From: a virus
Taxonomy: Duplodnaviria; Caudoviricetes
IMG/VR virus record: IMGVR_UViG_3300009431_000002
Span: 64,001 to 128,000 of that record
Reading direction: 5' to 3' (one strand)
DNA: 64,000 nucleotides
Part shown: positions 35,836 to 45,710 of the stretch, piece after piece
Layout: each line of letters opens with the position of its first letter
How positions within the stretch are numbered: the stretch's first letter is position 1
Notes under the pieces: model-generated
The model's input: the letters and a program-made list of their open reading frames with translations, nothing else
The model's database searches: none
Told to the model about the DNA's origin: nothing
Made by a program: the position numbers and the translations under genes

Positions 35836-36582
35836 CTAGTAGTGGACCAACGTCGCGTCTGGGATTTCGACGTCGAAGACCCTCGTAGCCGCGTCCCACT
35901 TGTTGAAGTAGTAGTAGACGCGGAAGGTCAGGCCGCCGCCTTGGTCCATCCTATGAGCGTCGGCCGCAACAGCGCCGTAGATCCCCATCTGTTCGGTCAA
36001 GTAGGTCCGCCCCGTGTTGAGGTTGTCCAAGATGCGGTAGCCACCCTGGGGGCTGTAGGTGAAACAATACCTTCCGTCGTCGGAGTTGTCCCACCGGGCG
36101 TTCGCACCCCAGTTCATCTGCGTCCCGGTGTTCTTCGTAATGATGTCCAGCCGCTGGCGGTCCGGGTTGCCCCCGTCACAAGACAGGCGGAGCCGCATCG
36201 AATCGTCCGCTAGCAGGGGGTCGATGAATTGAATCCGAAGCCAGAACTCCTTGTTGCTCGCCAGCGTATCCGCCATGTTCAAGATGGTTTCCCAGGTGAA
36301 ATCGGGCCACAGCTCGATAGGGATGTTCGCCGTGTAGTCCTTGTAGATCCCGCTCGACCCGTTGGGGGCGTCGGTGATGTTCCTCATCTTGAGGATGCCG
36401 CCCTCGAACTTGCAGATGTCCATGCTGGCCTTGGCAACCGTCGTCCAACCCTCCCAGGGATCGGCCTCGGTCAGGAAGTCGTGGTCCACAGCCCACTCAT
36501 CTGCGGAGAAGTTGATGAGAGACTGGATAGGAGCGGGACCGCTGCCGCCTCCGCCTCCACCTGGGGTCTGCGTGTAGCCCAT
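35836..36582 (-). CDS. putative receptor-binding/lectin-like beta protein
   Basis: Gly-rich linker then aromatic-rich beta domain; more A/T third positions. Confidence 0.55.
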   Translation of the reverse strand: MGYTQTPGGGGGGSGPAPIQSLINFSADEWAVDHDFLTEADPWEGWTTVAKASMDICKFEGGILKMRNITDAPNGSSGIYKDYTANIPIELWPDFTWETILNMADTLASNKEFWLRIQFIDPLLADDSMRLRLSCDGGNPDRQRLDIITKNTGTQMNWGANARWDNSDDGRYCFTYSPQGGYRILDNLNTGRTYLTEQMGIYGAVAADAHRMDQGGGLTFRVYYYFNKWDAATRVFDVEIPDATLVHY

Positions 36583-36591
36583 GATCTTCTC

Positions 36592-39105
36592 CTACAGCCC
36601 TGTCATCCACACACGGAACTTGGGGTAGACGCTGAAGACGGCAACGCTCCCCACGACGTTGTTCCTCACCACGTTGATGGCGAGGGTGTCCCCCGGGTCG
36701 GGGGCGATGCCCCCAATCAGACCGTCGGGATCGGTCATGGCGATGCGCTGGGACTCCGTCACCTCCTGGAGATTCAATGACTCCGGGATGGCCTCGTTCG
36801 CCACCGTCTCCAGGTTGGCGGGCGGGTTGACGTCGGCGTCGTTGTCGTCACGGTACAGCGCCGTGTTGAACGTGAAGTCCGCATCGGCCAGAGCCGCCGC
36901 ACTGCTGGAGTACTTGAAGTCGAACTCCAGCTCCGCCCCCTGGCGGAACTCATCGGGCACGGTGAAGTGTCCCACGATGCTCTCACCGGCCGGAGGGGCG
37001 GCAAAGTCCATCGACAGCAGGTAGCCGATGAGACCACCTGGGGGACCAACTGCCGGAGCGGGACCGCCTGCCCAATCGTCCACCACGTACAGCAGCTTCT
37101 CGCCGTTGCCGGTGCCCCAGATCTCCACGTCGTGCTCGAAGTACGCCTCGGCGCCCCCGATGCCACAGACGTTGGCGCCCAGAGCCGTGGTGAAGTTCGG
37201 AGCCTCCATGAACTCCCAGTGCTGACGCCCCTGGTTGGCGGGCGCCTGTAGGGCGATGAGGTAGTTGTCCGTGACCGTACCGAAGACGGCGGGCAGCTCG
37301 ACGCGAGACTCCCCCACCTCGACGGTGATCTGCTGCTCGAACAGGTGGCCACAGCCGTGCATCCGGATGAACCGGCCGTCGTTGGCCACGCCGCAGGTGA
37401 TGGTGGGGCAACCGATGTGGACCTGGTCCACGTCTGCGAACACGACCTCCTGGTCGAAGTGCAGGTCCATGTCCCAGGTGTTCATGTTGATGGACCGGGC
37501 GGCGCCTCCGCCCCAACCATCGACCACGCTGGGGCCGCTGTTGAAGATGAACTTCGCGCCCCGGGTGCCCAGCATCATGTTGCGCTGGCCGCTGGCCTGG
37601 TTCCACAGGTAGACGCTGTCGCCCAAACAAGAGCCGCCATCCACCATGTTGAGGAAGGAGCCCGCGGCGTTCCCCAGCCTGATGCGCGTCACCGCGAGCT
37701 GGACGAACATCTGCTGCATGTTCAGCGCGCCCTGGACCTCGATGTCGCAGTTGATGAACGACACGGAGCCCAGCACCTCGGCCACCCCGCCTGCGATGAC
37801 CAGGTTGGCCGGGAAGTCGGTGATGAGCACGTCGTCGGCGGCCAAGGTGCCGAAGTTGTTGGTGTCCAGCTCGACGAACAGACTGGTGGCGTCGTTGTCG
37901 TAGACCCAGCCGACCGCGCCGGACTCGGCGCCGGAGGTCAGGGCGATGCGCTTCCCCTTGTGCTCGTGGGCCGCCCACGCGCCTCCGGGGATGTCGCCGG
38001 CGGCGAAGGTCAGCTGCCGTCCCCCAGCCCTCGTGTCGGAGGCCACGGCGTTGATGGTGGCCGTGCCGTCGCCGCTGTTGAAGATGCCGGCGTCCGCGGC
38101 GAGGTCGGGGCCCCGGATGACCAGTCGCGGCCACCCGCCCCGGTATTCGATGCCCGCTCCGAAGTCCAGGGTGCCCCCGACGCTGTCCCAGTCGATGATG
38201 TACCCGAAGATGTTGGTGCCGCTGTGGTACGTCGGGATGTCCAGCAGGGCACGTGCGAGCGTGGCGTAGGCGGTGGGCGCGGTCGTGCCGTCCCCAGCGT
38301 CATCGTCACCGGTGTCCCGGACGAAGATGGTCTGGTCGGCCACCAGGGGCTCGTCGTACTCGCGCTTGCGGATGCCCCAGGCGTTGGGGCCGACCTCGCG
38401 CAGCCGTCCGACGTCCGTGGCGACGACCAGGGACCCGACGGGGAAGGAGGTGTAGGACACGCCCGAGAAGGTCGGGATGTAGTACACGCTCGTGGCCACG
38501 TCGGGCAGGGGGTCAGCGCCGACGATCAGCGAGATGTACGACAGGTTGTGGATCCGCCGATGGAGCTTCAGCCCGTAGCTGTAGTCGCCATCCGGCAGGT
38601 CGTACAGGGCCATGTTCGGCAGGCCCGGCGTGGCGTGCGGCCGGTAGACGAAACTGATCTGCGCGTTCTCCACGGCAGCGGCGGCGACGGCGTCTCCATC
38701 GGCGACCGTGGCCTCGGCCTGCAGGAGCCCGAACACCTGCTCACCGTCGGGGGTCTCGACCTTCTCGCCGCGGTCGTCGAAGATCTCCACGGCGTTGATG
38801 ATGGCGTCGTCGATGGCAAGGTAGTCGGCAGCGCTGGGCGTCTCGGTGCCCGGCACGTTGAATCCCGCCGAGACCACGGCCTCGTACCCGCCGTCGTTGG
38901 TGCTCGCGGGCCCGCCGATGGCGAAGGTCCCGACCCCGCCGGGGAGCATCGTGACGTCGACGACCACCCCCTGCGCCGGTGCGCCGAGAGTGAACTCCGT
39001 CGTGCCCACGTGGACGGGCACGCGCTGTGCAAAGGTCTTGGCTCCCAGCGCCGACGCGATGGCCGAACTGACGAGCTGAAGGCCGTGCCTGACTGCTCCG
39101 AGCAT
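36592..39105 (-). CDS. tail fibre/spike with beta-helix (pectin-lyase-like) region
   Basis: IFVRDTGDDDAGDGTTAPTAYATLARAL (DUF1565-type start of a beta helix); G/N/D-rich strands. Confidence 0.65.
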   Translation of the reverse strand: MLGAVRHGLQLVSSAIASALGAKTFAQRVPVHVGTTEFTLGAPAQGVVVDVTMLPGGVGTFAIGGPASTNDGGYEAVVSAGFNVPGTETPSAADYLAIDDAIINAVEIFDDRGEKVETPDGEQVFGLLQAEATVADGDAVAAAAVENAQISFVYRPHATPGLPNMALYDLPDGDYSYGLKLHRRIHNLSYISLIVGADPLPDVATSVYYIPTFSGVSYTSFPVGSLVVATDVGRLREVGPNAWGIRKREYDEPLVADQTIFVRDTGDDDAGDGTTAPTAYATLARALLDIPTYHSGTNIFGYIIDWDSVGGTLDFGAGIEYRGGWPRLVIRGPDLAADAGIFNSGDGTATINAVASDTRAGGRQLTFAAGDIPGGAWAAHEHKGKRIALTSGAESGAVGWVYDNDATSLFVELDTNNFGTLAADDVLITDFPANLVIAGGVAEVLGSVSFINCDIEVQGALNMQQMFVQLAVTRIRLGNAAGSFLNMVDGGSCLGDSVYLWNQASGQRNMMLGTRGAKFIFNSGPSVVDGWGGGAARSINMNTWDMDLHFDQEVVFADVDQVHIGCPTITCGVANDGRFIRMHGCGHLFEQQITVEVGESRVELPAVFGTVTDNYLIALQAPANQGRQHWEFMEAPNFTTALGANVCGIGGAEAYFEHDVEIWGTGNGEKLLYVVDDWAGGPAPAVGPPGGLIGYLLSMDFAAPPAGESIVGHFTVPDEFRQGAELEFDFKYSSSAAALADADFTFNTALYRDDNDADVNPPANLETVANEAIPESLNLQEVTESQRIAMTDPDGLIGGIAPDPGDTLAINVVRNNVVGSVAVFSVYPKFRVWMTGL

Positions 39106-39114
39106 GGGCTCCTC

Positions 39115-39966
39115 CTACACGCCGTCGCGCACGGTCCTCATGTAGCGGACCTCGAGCGTGTCGTCCGCGTCGGGCTGCACGTCCGTGGTCACCAGCATCT
39201 TCACCATCGGGTCGTGGATCGGGATCGAGAGACGCTTGTGGTAGTACCGCACGCCGGCGGCCGGGGCCGCGACGGGGAACTGGTACTCCACGATGGGCGT
39301 GGCGACGGGCAACACGCCGGCGGCCACGAGCCCCACGTCGAGGCCCACCTCGTCGTACAGCCGACCGTGGCCGCGCTGGCCCTCACCCATGCCGTACCGC
39401 AGCCGCAGCTGCACCTGCGTCACCGGGCTGGCGTTGGTGATGGCGAACTGCAACCAGATCTCCAGGTAGTCGTTGGCGTTCATCTCGACGTTGCCGCCGG
39501 AGTTCCCCTCCGAGTCCCAGAACTGGTGGAAGTTCTCCAGCTGCGAGTTCCACACGCCGTTGAGCAGCAGGCCCGTCGGTGCGTCCGAGGCGACGGTCGG
39601 CACCAAGCCCCAGTCCGCCGCGTTGGCCAGCAGGACGACGGTGTCGCCGACAGCCGTGGCCGTGCCGGGGTTGCCGAGCGCCGCCATCGGGACGTTGAGC
39701 ACGGCCGCGAGGTTCGTGGCCGACTCCTCCGGGGTGCCGCCGGCGTCCCAGTCCGGCCCACCACCGCCGGCCTCGGTGTGGACGGTGGCGCCGCCACCCA
39801 GGGCCGTGAGGTCCAGGGTGACGACTGCGCCGGTGAGGTTGTCGTTGTCGATGACGGCGACGAACGCCTGGGGTGCCATCTGGAACGAGGCCTCGGCCCG
39901 CAGCTCGACGGGGAAGAGGTCCATGTCAGCGTCGCCGCGCACGGCGGACGCATTTGCCTGGCTCAT
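39115..39966 (-). CDS. tail structural protein sharing a module with the sheath
   Basis: LDLTALGGGATVHTEAGGGGPDW...ATNLAAVLN resembles the sheath inserts. Confidence 0.6.
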   Translation of the reverse strand: MSQANASAVRGDADMDLFPVELRAEASFQMAPQAFVAVIDNDNLTGAVVTLDLTALGGGATVHTEAGGGGPDWDAGGTPEESATNLAAVLNVPMAALGNPGTATAVGDTVVLLANAADWGLVPTVASDAPTGLLLNGVWNSQLENFHQFWDSEGNSGGNVEMNANDYLEIWLQFAITNASPVTQVQLRLRYGMGEGQRGHGRLYDEVGLDVGLVAAGVLPVATPIVEYQFPVAAPAAGVRYYHKRLSIPIHDPMVKMLVTTDVQPDADDTLEVRYMRTVRDGV

Positions 39967-39978
39967 CGGTCACCTCCC

Positions 39979-40001
39979 GTCGACGACACAGTGTCGCCGA
40001 C
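39979..40001. repeat. CGACAC-W-GTGTCG palindrome (intergenic, beside an RBS)
   Basis: GTCGACGACAC-A-GTGTCGCCGAC, one mismatch. Confidence 0.75.
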
Positions 40002-40009
40002 CGGCTGCA

Positions 40010-43000
40010 TCACACGATCAGGCGCACCCGGATGTAGTTGCAGGGGTACGGCAGATCGAGCGTGACGTCGATCAGCACGGTGTCCGGGTTGTCCTCGTCC
40101 TGGGTGATGGAGTTGAGCGTGTACCCGATCAGGGACCCGCTGGCCTTCAGGAACTCCAGGAGGCCATCCACAACCGCGGTGAGGGTGTCCAGGAACGCCG
40201 TGGTGATGTTGAAGATGCCCAGGAAGTTACGCAGGGCCGCCCGCAGGAACTTCGACACGAAGTCGAGGTTCTTGGTGATGGACAGCTCGCGCGTCTCCAG
40301 GGTCGTGACGTCGGTCGAGTTCTGGTGGCGGCAGATCAGCGGGGCGCCGTCGTACTCCTGCACCAGGATGTACACACCGCCGCCGGAGATCTCGTTGAGC
40401 AGCGACTCCCGGAAGGTGTCGTTCGAGCCGTAGACGTTGCTGAACCCCGCGATGGGGTAGCGGCTGAAGCCCTGCTGGGGCAGCTGCTGGCTGACCATGC
40501 CGGCGACGGCCGCGCAGGCGTAGTACGCCGGCAGCAGCGTGGTGCCGTCGTCGAGCTCGGCCTCCACCTCGTCGGGGAAGATCATGTACAGGCGGCGGTC
40601 GGCGTAGGTGCTCGCCACGCCGGCCACGGTCTCGGCGATGCCGTCGAGGTCGGGCTGACCCGCCACCTCCAGCGCCGCGCCGCGGATCTTGACGGCCCAC
40701 GTCACGCTGGACACGGTCTCGTCGAAGTCCTCGGTGTCGTAGAACAGGTCGTCGTTCTCGCCCGTGACGAAGGTGGTGTTGATGGCGCACAGCGCCCCGT
40801 TCACCAGGTTGAGGTTGTAGCGGCGCAGCTCGCTGCCCACCGTCGCCTCGAGGTACACGCCGTCGGAGACCGCCAGCGCCGCCGGGTTGAGTCCCTGGGC
40901 CACCAAGCCGTTGGCCGGGCTGGAGTCGCAGATGAACTGGTTCACCGCGCCCGTGGACCGGCCGTCGGTGCCGCTGGCCACCGTCGTCGGCGTCGCCTCG
41001 GTCGGCACCTCGGGGTTGAAGAACAGGATCCGCTCGCCGCGCTGCGCGGCCGCGCTCATCCAGTCCACGTGGGTCTGGAAGAGCTGGTGCACCGTGTCCT
41101 GGTGCGTCAGCGGGGCGATGGCGTAGACCTCCTCGCTCTCGAGGAACTCGGCGGCCCGGGTGAAGGCGCTCAGCGTACCCTCCGGGTGCGCCGAGGAGAC
41201 CTCGTCGACACCGAGCCCCGTCACGCTCACGCCCGAGGCGTTGAGCTTGGCGAAGAACAGGCCCAGGCCGAGCGGGTTGTCGGTGGTCAGCGGCGACAGG
41301 AGCTCCTCGAGCTCGGTGGTGTCGTCGATGACCAGCAGCCCCGGGTTGGAGGCCGCGGCCGCGCTCACGTCCAGACGCAGGCCGTGGTAGCCGATGTAGA
41401 TGCCAGAGGACCCGAGGTACTCGTTGTCGTGCGGGATGCCGGTCATCGTGTCCCGCAGGATCTGCGCACCGATGACGACGCCGCCCGAGGAGTCCAGGTA
41501 GAAGTCCGGGTTGGGCCGGCCGGAGCCGTCCGCCTCGTGGTCGGGGTCGACCATGCCCACGGCCGTGGCCGCGGCCAGCCGGCTGGTGGTGTCGGCCAGG
41601 ACCTCGACTCTGGACGCCTGGCCCAGCAGGAGGCTGGTCAGCACGAGCTGGCGGGTGTTGGTGCCGCCGGCGGACGCCACGATGTTGTCGTTGACCTCCT
41701 CGTTGATCCTGTCGATCAGGTCGTCGAGGGAGTCGCCGATGGGAGTCACGGACCACTCGTGCGGGTTGTAGTCCAGCTGGAAGACGAACTCCTCGCCGGT
41801 GAGGTTGTCCGCGCCGGTGTCCAGATCGTTGTCGCTGGTGCCGCCGGTGAGCTCGTGCTGCAGGAGGTCGCCGGCGCCGGCCACGTCGATGTTGGCGGCG
41901 TCGTTGCCCTGCATCCAGCACTGGTTGCCCAGGAAGCTGTTGACGATGACGTAGACCGTCACCGTGGCCGTGGCCACGCCAGCGGCGTCGGTGTTGTGGG
42001 CGTAGACCTCACCGGCCTGCGCGCCCGCGTTGATGGCCGCGGCGAGGGAGGTGGCACCGGCGATACCCACGCCGGCCCACGCGCCGCCCTCGATGTACTC
42101 CACCTGGGAGCCACCGAGGGCCGTGGTGTCCACGATGAGCGAGTCGGGTCCGGCGGCCGCGCCGCCGATGATCACGTGCTGCTCGGCCGTCGCCGTGCCC
42201 CCCGTGAAGAAGGCCGCGACCGCGCCACCCTGGATCGTCATGTTGGTGAAGTCGTCCGACACGATGGTGCAGAGGTTGCCCTCCCAGCCCGCCAGGTCGA
42301 TGGTCACGGTCACCGTGTCCACGCCGTCGTCGATGGCCGAGATGCCGGCCAGCGTGTCGAGGAAGGCCGCCAGGGCTGCGACGGTGGCCGGAATGTCGCC
42401 CACCACCCTGGACCAGTCCGCGCCGCCGCCCTCCGTGGCCGTCAGTGCGCCACCACCGGCCACCGTGGTGTCGATGGTGATGATGTGCCCCGCCCCGGGG
42501 TCGCCTGTCAGAACGATGTCGGCCGTCGCGCTCACCTCGGCGCCGCCGAAGTTGAAGGCCGCGTCGGTGGTGACCTCGTCCACGTCGACCTCGGTGCCGT
42601 TGCCACCCTCGAGGACCGTGATGGTCAGCCCGCGGGATCCCGCCACGTCGCTGCCCGAGAACTCCACCATCGGGCAGTTGGGCATGCCGTTGGAGGGCAG
42701 GGCCGTGCCGTTGCCGCCGGCCGTGAGCTGCGCGGCGAGCAGGGCCCAGGTGCCTCCGGCGACGTCCGCAGCGTCCAGGGCGTAGCTGAGGTTGAGTCCC
42801 GTGCCGTTGCGGTCGGTGACCGTGAAGGCCAGGACCTCGCCACCGACCAACGGGAAGGCGTAGGGCGCGGGGGTCTCCCCAGCGTCCGGACCGCCGGTGA
42901 CCGAGGCCTGCGTGGAGAACTCGGCGTCCACGCCCTCCCCGCTGCCTCCGCTCAGGGTGTCCATGCCCACGTCGGCGATGGCGTTGTTGGAGCCGGTGGC

Positions 43001-44530
43001 CGCGATCTCCACGCCCTGGTCGGCGCCGGTCGCGGACGTCTGCAGCGTGAGGTACTGCTCGTTGGCCGTGGCGTCGGTGTAGGCGCTCGCCACGATGTCG
43101 GTGGCCGCGGCGTTGATGTCGTCGGCGATGGCCTGCATGCTGGCGTAGTCGCCGGCGAGGGTGATGGTCTGCTCCGCGCCGCGGACGCCGTCGACCGTCG
43201 CCCGCAGGTACAGGCTCTTGCCGGTCAGGCCCATCGGGAAGTTGGCGTTCGCCACCGGCGACCCAACGAGGTACCCGAACAGCGCTGCGTTGGCCTCCAC
43301 GGTGCCCGTGAGCGCGGCAGCGACCGGCGTCGGGACGACATCGCCCTCGACCAGGCCCTGCGCACCGAACCACGCGTACCGCGGAGCCAGCGGGGTGGCG
43401 TCGAACAGGTTGCCCACCTCGTAGGTGGTGTACACGCGCGAGGTGATGTCGCCGTCGTCGTCGTACACCGAGTTGACGATGTCGATGGTGCCCACCCGGA
43501 AGCGGGAGGTCTGGACCTCGGTGACCTCGGCCGTGGTGCCCACCTGGGCGCCGTCGGCCATGAACACGTCGCCGGGTGCCGTGGTCGTCGCGGCCTGCAG
43601 CGGCACGTCGGGGCTCACCCCCGCGAAGGTGCGGGCCGGGGCCCGGGAGCCGAGGTAGGCGTCGGCGTCATCCACCAGCTGCGCGGAGGCGGACCACGCG
43701 GGCCCACCGACGTCCTGCGTGCCGACGCCGTCCTCGTAGTACTCCCCGCGGAAGTACTCGATCCACGGCGTGGTGGTGTCGGTGTCGCCGTCGTCCTGGC
43801 CGCGGAAGCCGGCGGCCTCCACCCGGTACTCGGTGGCCTTGCCGCCGATGGACGTCCAGAGGATGTCGGACGCCGTGCTGCCGGCGCGGATGGTGATGGA
43901 CGACCCGGCGCCGTAGGTGGTCGAGATGATCTGGAGGTAGAAGTCGCCCGGGACGAGCGGGTCCTCCCAGGTCTCGGCCACGGTCTCGCCCACGGCGTCG
44001 TTGATGGCGTCGGCGACGTCGTCCGAGGCCATCACGCCCGACAGGCTCACGGTCACGTCGTTGTCGGTGCTGGTGCGCACGACGTTGTCGACGGCCAGCA
44101 CCAGGAGCATGCCCGTGCCGAAGTTGTAGCCCGCACCCTCGAGCTCGGAGGCGCGGAAGCCGGCCCGGTACGCCCAGTTGGCGAAGGCCAGGAAGGAGGA
44201 GCCGTAGTCGCCGTAGACCGAGTCGCCGTTGTCCAGCTCGGTGGTCTCACCGCCGTGGCTGATGTGCGCCTCGATGGTGCCCTCCTGGACGTCCACCTCG
44301 TCGATGTTCCCGCGGGGCGACGGGAAGGAGGACTGGGCGATGTTCTGCTCGAACTGGTCGTACTCCCCGAAGTACGCGTCCTCGTCCAGCAGCTGGCTGG
44401 AGTCGTACACCTCGATGACCTCGAAGGCCGCCCCGACGACGTTGGTCCGGAGGGTGGGCACGAGGATGGTGGCGCTGGTCGACTCGAACTCCTGGATGAC
44501 CTGCACGCTGGGCTGCTCGAGAGCGGGCAT
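40010..44530 (-). CDS. contractile tail sheath protein, ~1,506 aa, with large inserted domains
   Basis: MPALEQPSVQVIQEFES N-terminus; C-terminal EFLESEEVYAIAPLT...ELSITKNLDFVSKFLR...PDTVLIDVTLDLPYPCNYIRVRL; ATG 44530 with GGAG RBS. Confidence 0.85.
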   Translation of the reverse strand: MPALEQPSVQVIQEFESTSATILVPTLRTNVVGAAFEVIEVYDSSQLLDEDAYFGEYDQFEQNIAQSSFPSPRGNIDEVDVQEGTIEAHISHGGETTELDNGDSVYGDYGSSFLAFANWAYRAGFRASELEGAGYNFGTGMLLVLAVDNVVRTSTDNDVTVSLSGVMASDDVADAINDAVGETVAETWEDPLVPGDFYLQIISTTYGAGSSITIRAGSTASDILWTSIGGKATEYRVEAAGFRGQDDGDTDTTTPWIEYFRGEYYEDGVGTQDVGGPAWSASAQLVDDADAYLGSRAPARTFAGVSPDVPLQAATTTAPGDVFMADGAQVGTTAEVTEVQTSRFRVGTIDIVNSVYDDDGDITSRVYTTYEVGNLFDATPLAPRYAWFGAQGLVEGDVVPTPVAAALTGTVEANAALFGYLVGSPVANANFPMGLTGKSLYLRATVDGVRGAEQTITLAGDYASMQAIADDINAAATDIVASAYTDATANEQYLTLQTSATGADQGVEIAATGSNNAIADVGMDTLSGGSGEGVDAEFSTQASVTGGPDAGETPAPYAFPLVGGEVLAFTVTDRNGTGLNLSYALDAADVAGGTWALLAAQLTAGGNGTALPSNGMPNCPMVEFSGSDVAGSRGLTITVLEGGNGTEVDVDEVTTDAAFNFGGAEVSATADIVLTGDPGAGHIITIDTTVAGGGALTATEGGGADWSRVVGDIPATVAALAAFLDTLAGISAIDDGVDTVTVTIDLAGWEGNLCTIVSDDFTNMTIQGGAVAAFFTGGTATAEQHVIIGGAAAGPDSLIVDTTALGGSQVEYIEGGAWAGVGIAGATSLAAAINAGAQAGEVYAHNTDAAGVATATVTVYVIVNSFLGNQCWMQGNDAANIDVAGAGDLLQHELTGGTSDNDLDTGADNLTGEEFVFQLDYNPHEWSVTPIGDSLDDLIDRINEEVNDNIVASAGGTNTRQLVLTSLLLGQASRVEVLADTTSRLAAATAVGMVDPDHEADGSGRPNPDFYLDSSGGVVIGAQILRDTMTGIPHDNEYLGSSGIYIGYHGLRLDVSAAAASNPGLLVIDDTTELEELLSPLTTDNPLGLGLFFAKLNASGVSVTGLGVDEVSSAHPEGTLSAFTRAAEFLESEEVYAIAPLTHQDTVHQLFQTHVDWMSAAAQRGERILFFNPEVPTEATPTTVASGTDGRSTGAVNQFICDSSPANGLVAQGLNPAALAVSDGVYLEATVGSELRRYNLNLVNGALCAINTTFVTGENDDLFYDTEDFDETVSSVTWAVKIRGAALEVAGQPDLDGIAETVAGVASTYADRRLYMIFPDEVEAELDDGTTLLPAYYACAAVAGMVSQQLPQQGFSRYPIAGFSNVYGSNDTFRESLLNEISGGGVYILVQEYDGAPLICRHQNSTDVTTLETRELSITKNLDFVSKFLRAALRNFLGIFNITTAFLDTLTAVVDGLLEFLKASGSLIGYTLNSITQDEDNPDTVLIDVTLDLPYPCNYIRVRLIV

Positions 44531-44568
44531 GGGCGTCTCCTTCAGTGGGTGCGGCGTCTCTCGCCGCG

Positions 44569-45318
44569 TCACACACCAAATTCTGTATCGGTGTCCGGGC
44601 TATTGGCTAGCCCATAGTGCGCCAGGAACGCGATGTCGTTGAGCACCTCGAAGGGGGGCTTCTCGACATCACTCGCCCGTGGCTCACCAAACACCAGGTC
44701 GAGGGTGGTTCGCTGCGGCGGAACGGTGGGCGTCTCGCTCCACGTCCACTGCATGAACCAGGGAATGGTGACATCGACCATTACGGCCTCTGCCTCGGCG
44801 GATCCGTTGACGATGGCCCCCGGCGGCGTTTCGGGTCCGACAGCGGCCTTCTGTCCGATGTGGTGGAACCCACCTTCCTTCTGCAACAGGCGCCGATGGA
44901 AGACGGTTCCGCGGCTGACGAGGTCGGCGATCCTCCCGGCCTCCATCCCCGTCTCGGCGACGCAGTGCGCCACGAGGTTGCCGGGGATCAGGTCCGTGTG
45001 GGTGCGCTCACCCGTCATCGTGTTCATGGTCCGCAGCTTGTCCATGACGAGCCCGGACCACTCGTAGCCGCCGCGCATCACGACGATGTGCGGCTTCTGC
45101 GCGATGGCCTCCCGGTCGACGGGGGCCTCGGCGGTGATGATGATCTTGGAGTCGTGGTCGTCCGGCTCCCAGCGGAAGGCGTCGACGTGGAAGTGGTTGA
45201 AGAGCCCCTGCAGGAAGCACACGTACAGCCGGCGCGTCCAGTCACCGATGCCCTCGTAGGGGTCTCGGTAGCCCGAGTCCGGCGTGACGGGCGCGACGGT
45301 GGGGACTCTGGAGCTCAA
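44569..45318 (-). CDS. tail terminator/completion protein
   Basis: Directly upstream of the sheath; KPHIVVMRGGY...GNLVAHCVAETGMEAGRIA pattern. Confidence 0.55.
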   Translation of the reverse strand: MSSRVPTVAPVTPDSGYRDPYEGIGDWTRRLYVCFLQGLFNHFHVDAFRWEPDDHDSKIIITAEAPVDREAIAQKPHIVVMRGGYEWSGLVMDKLRTMNTMTGERTHTDLIPGNLVAHCVAETGMEAGRIADLVSRGTVFHRRLLQKEGGFHHIGQKAAVGPETPPGAIVNGSAEAEAVMVDVTIPWFMQWTWSETPTVPPQRTTLDLVFGEPRASDVEKPPFEVLNDIAFLAHYGLANSPDTDTEFGV

Positions 45319-45710
45319 GCTGTCTCCTCAGCGGCCGCGGCCTCGCGGCGCTTCCGGTCTTCGTGCATCTGCTGGTAGGCCTGGTGGCGATGATACCCGA
45401 GGGCGACGCCGCCGAGAGCTCCGCCTGCGGTCCCGAGGACCTTCAGCGCACGCGCCGCCGTGACCTGCTGTGCGGGGGTGAGGCCGTGCCAGAGTTCCGA
45501 GATGTGCGGCGCCTTGGACAGCGCGTAGTGGCCGGCGCCGCCACCGAGGTACCCGAGACCCACACCGAGGCCGACGGGCAGCCCCACGCGGCCCAACGGC
45601 TCCAGGACGCCGTAGCGGACGCCCTGCCAGAAGGTCGGGGCCTGCGGGTCCTCCGCACGCTCCTCGCCGATCTTCTGGAGCTCGTCGAAGAAGGCGCCGG
45701 TGTCGATCAT
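45315..45710 (-). CDS. putative internal head protein (FFDELQKIG tag, glycine zipper)
   Basis: MIDTGAFFDELQKIG; two GxxxG segments. Confidence 0.7.
   Translation of the reverse strand: MIDTGAFFDELQKIGEERAEDPQAPTFWQGVRYGVLEPLGRVGLPVGLGVGLGYLGGGAGHYALSKAPHISELWHGLTPAQQVTAARALKVLGTAGGALGGVALGYHRHQAYQQMHEDRKRREAAAAEETA

Noticed and set aside
39473-44617. 1,714-aa + strand ORF, and similar long ORFs at 37345-40065 (+), 46219-49287 (+), 53677-55794 (+) and 26091-29006 (-)
   Set aside because: Antisense shadows of real GC3-biased genes; the translations are V/G/R/A-rich with no motifs and have no RBS.
30376-45318. Interpretation as a T6SS, eCIS/tailocin or gene transfer agent
   Set aside because: Sheath and tube are co-operonic with capsid, protease and neck genes, a terminase is nearby, and no host housekeeping genes are present, so this is a bona fide phage.
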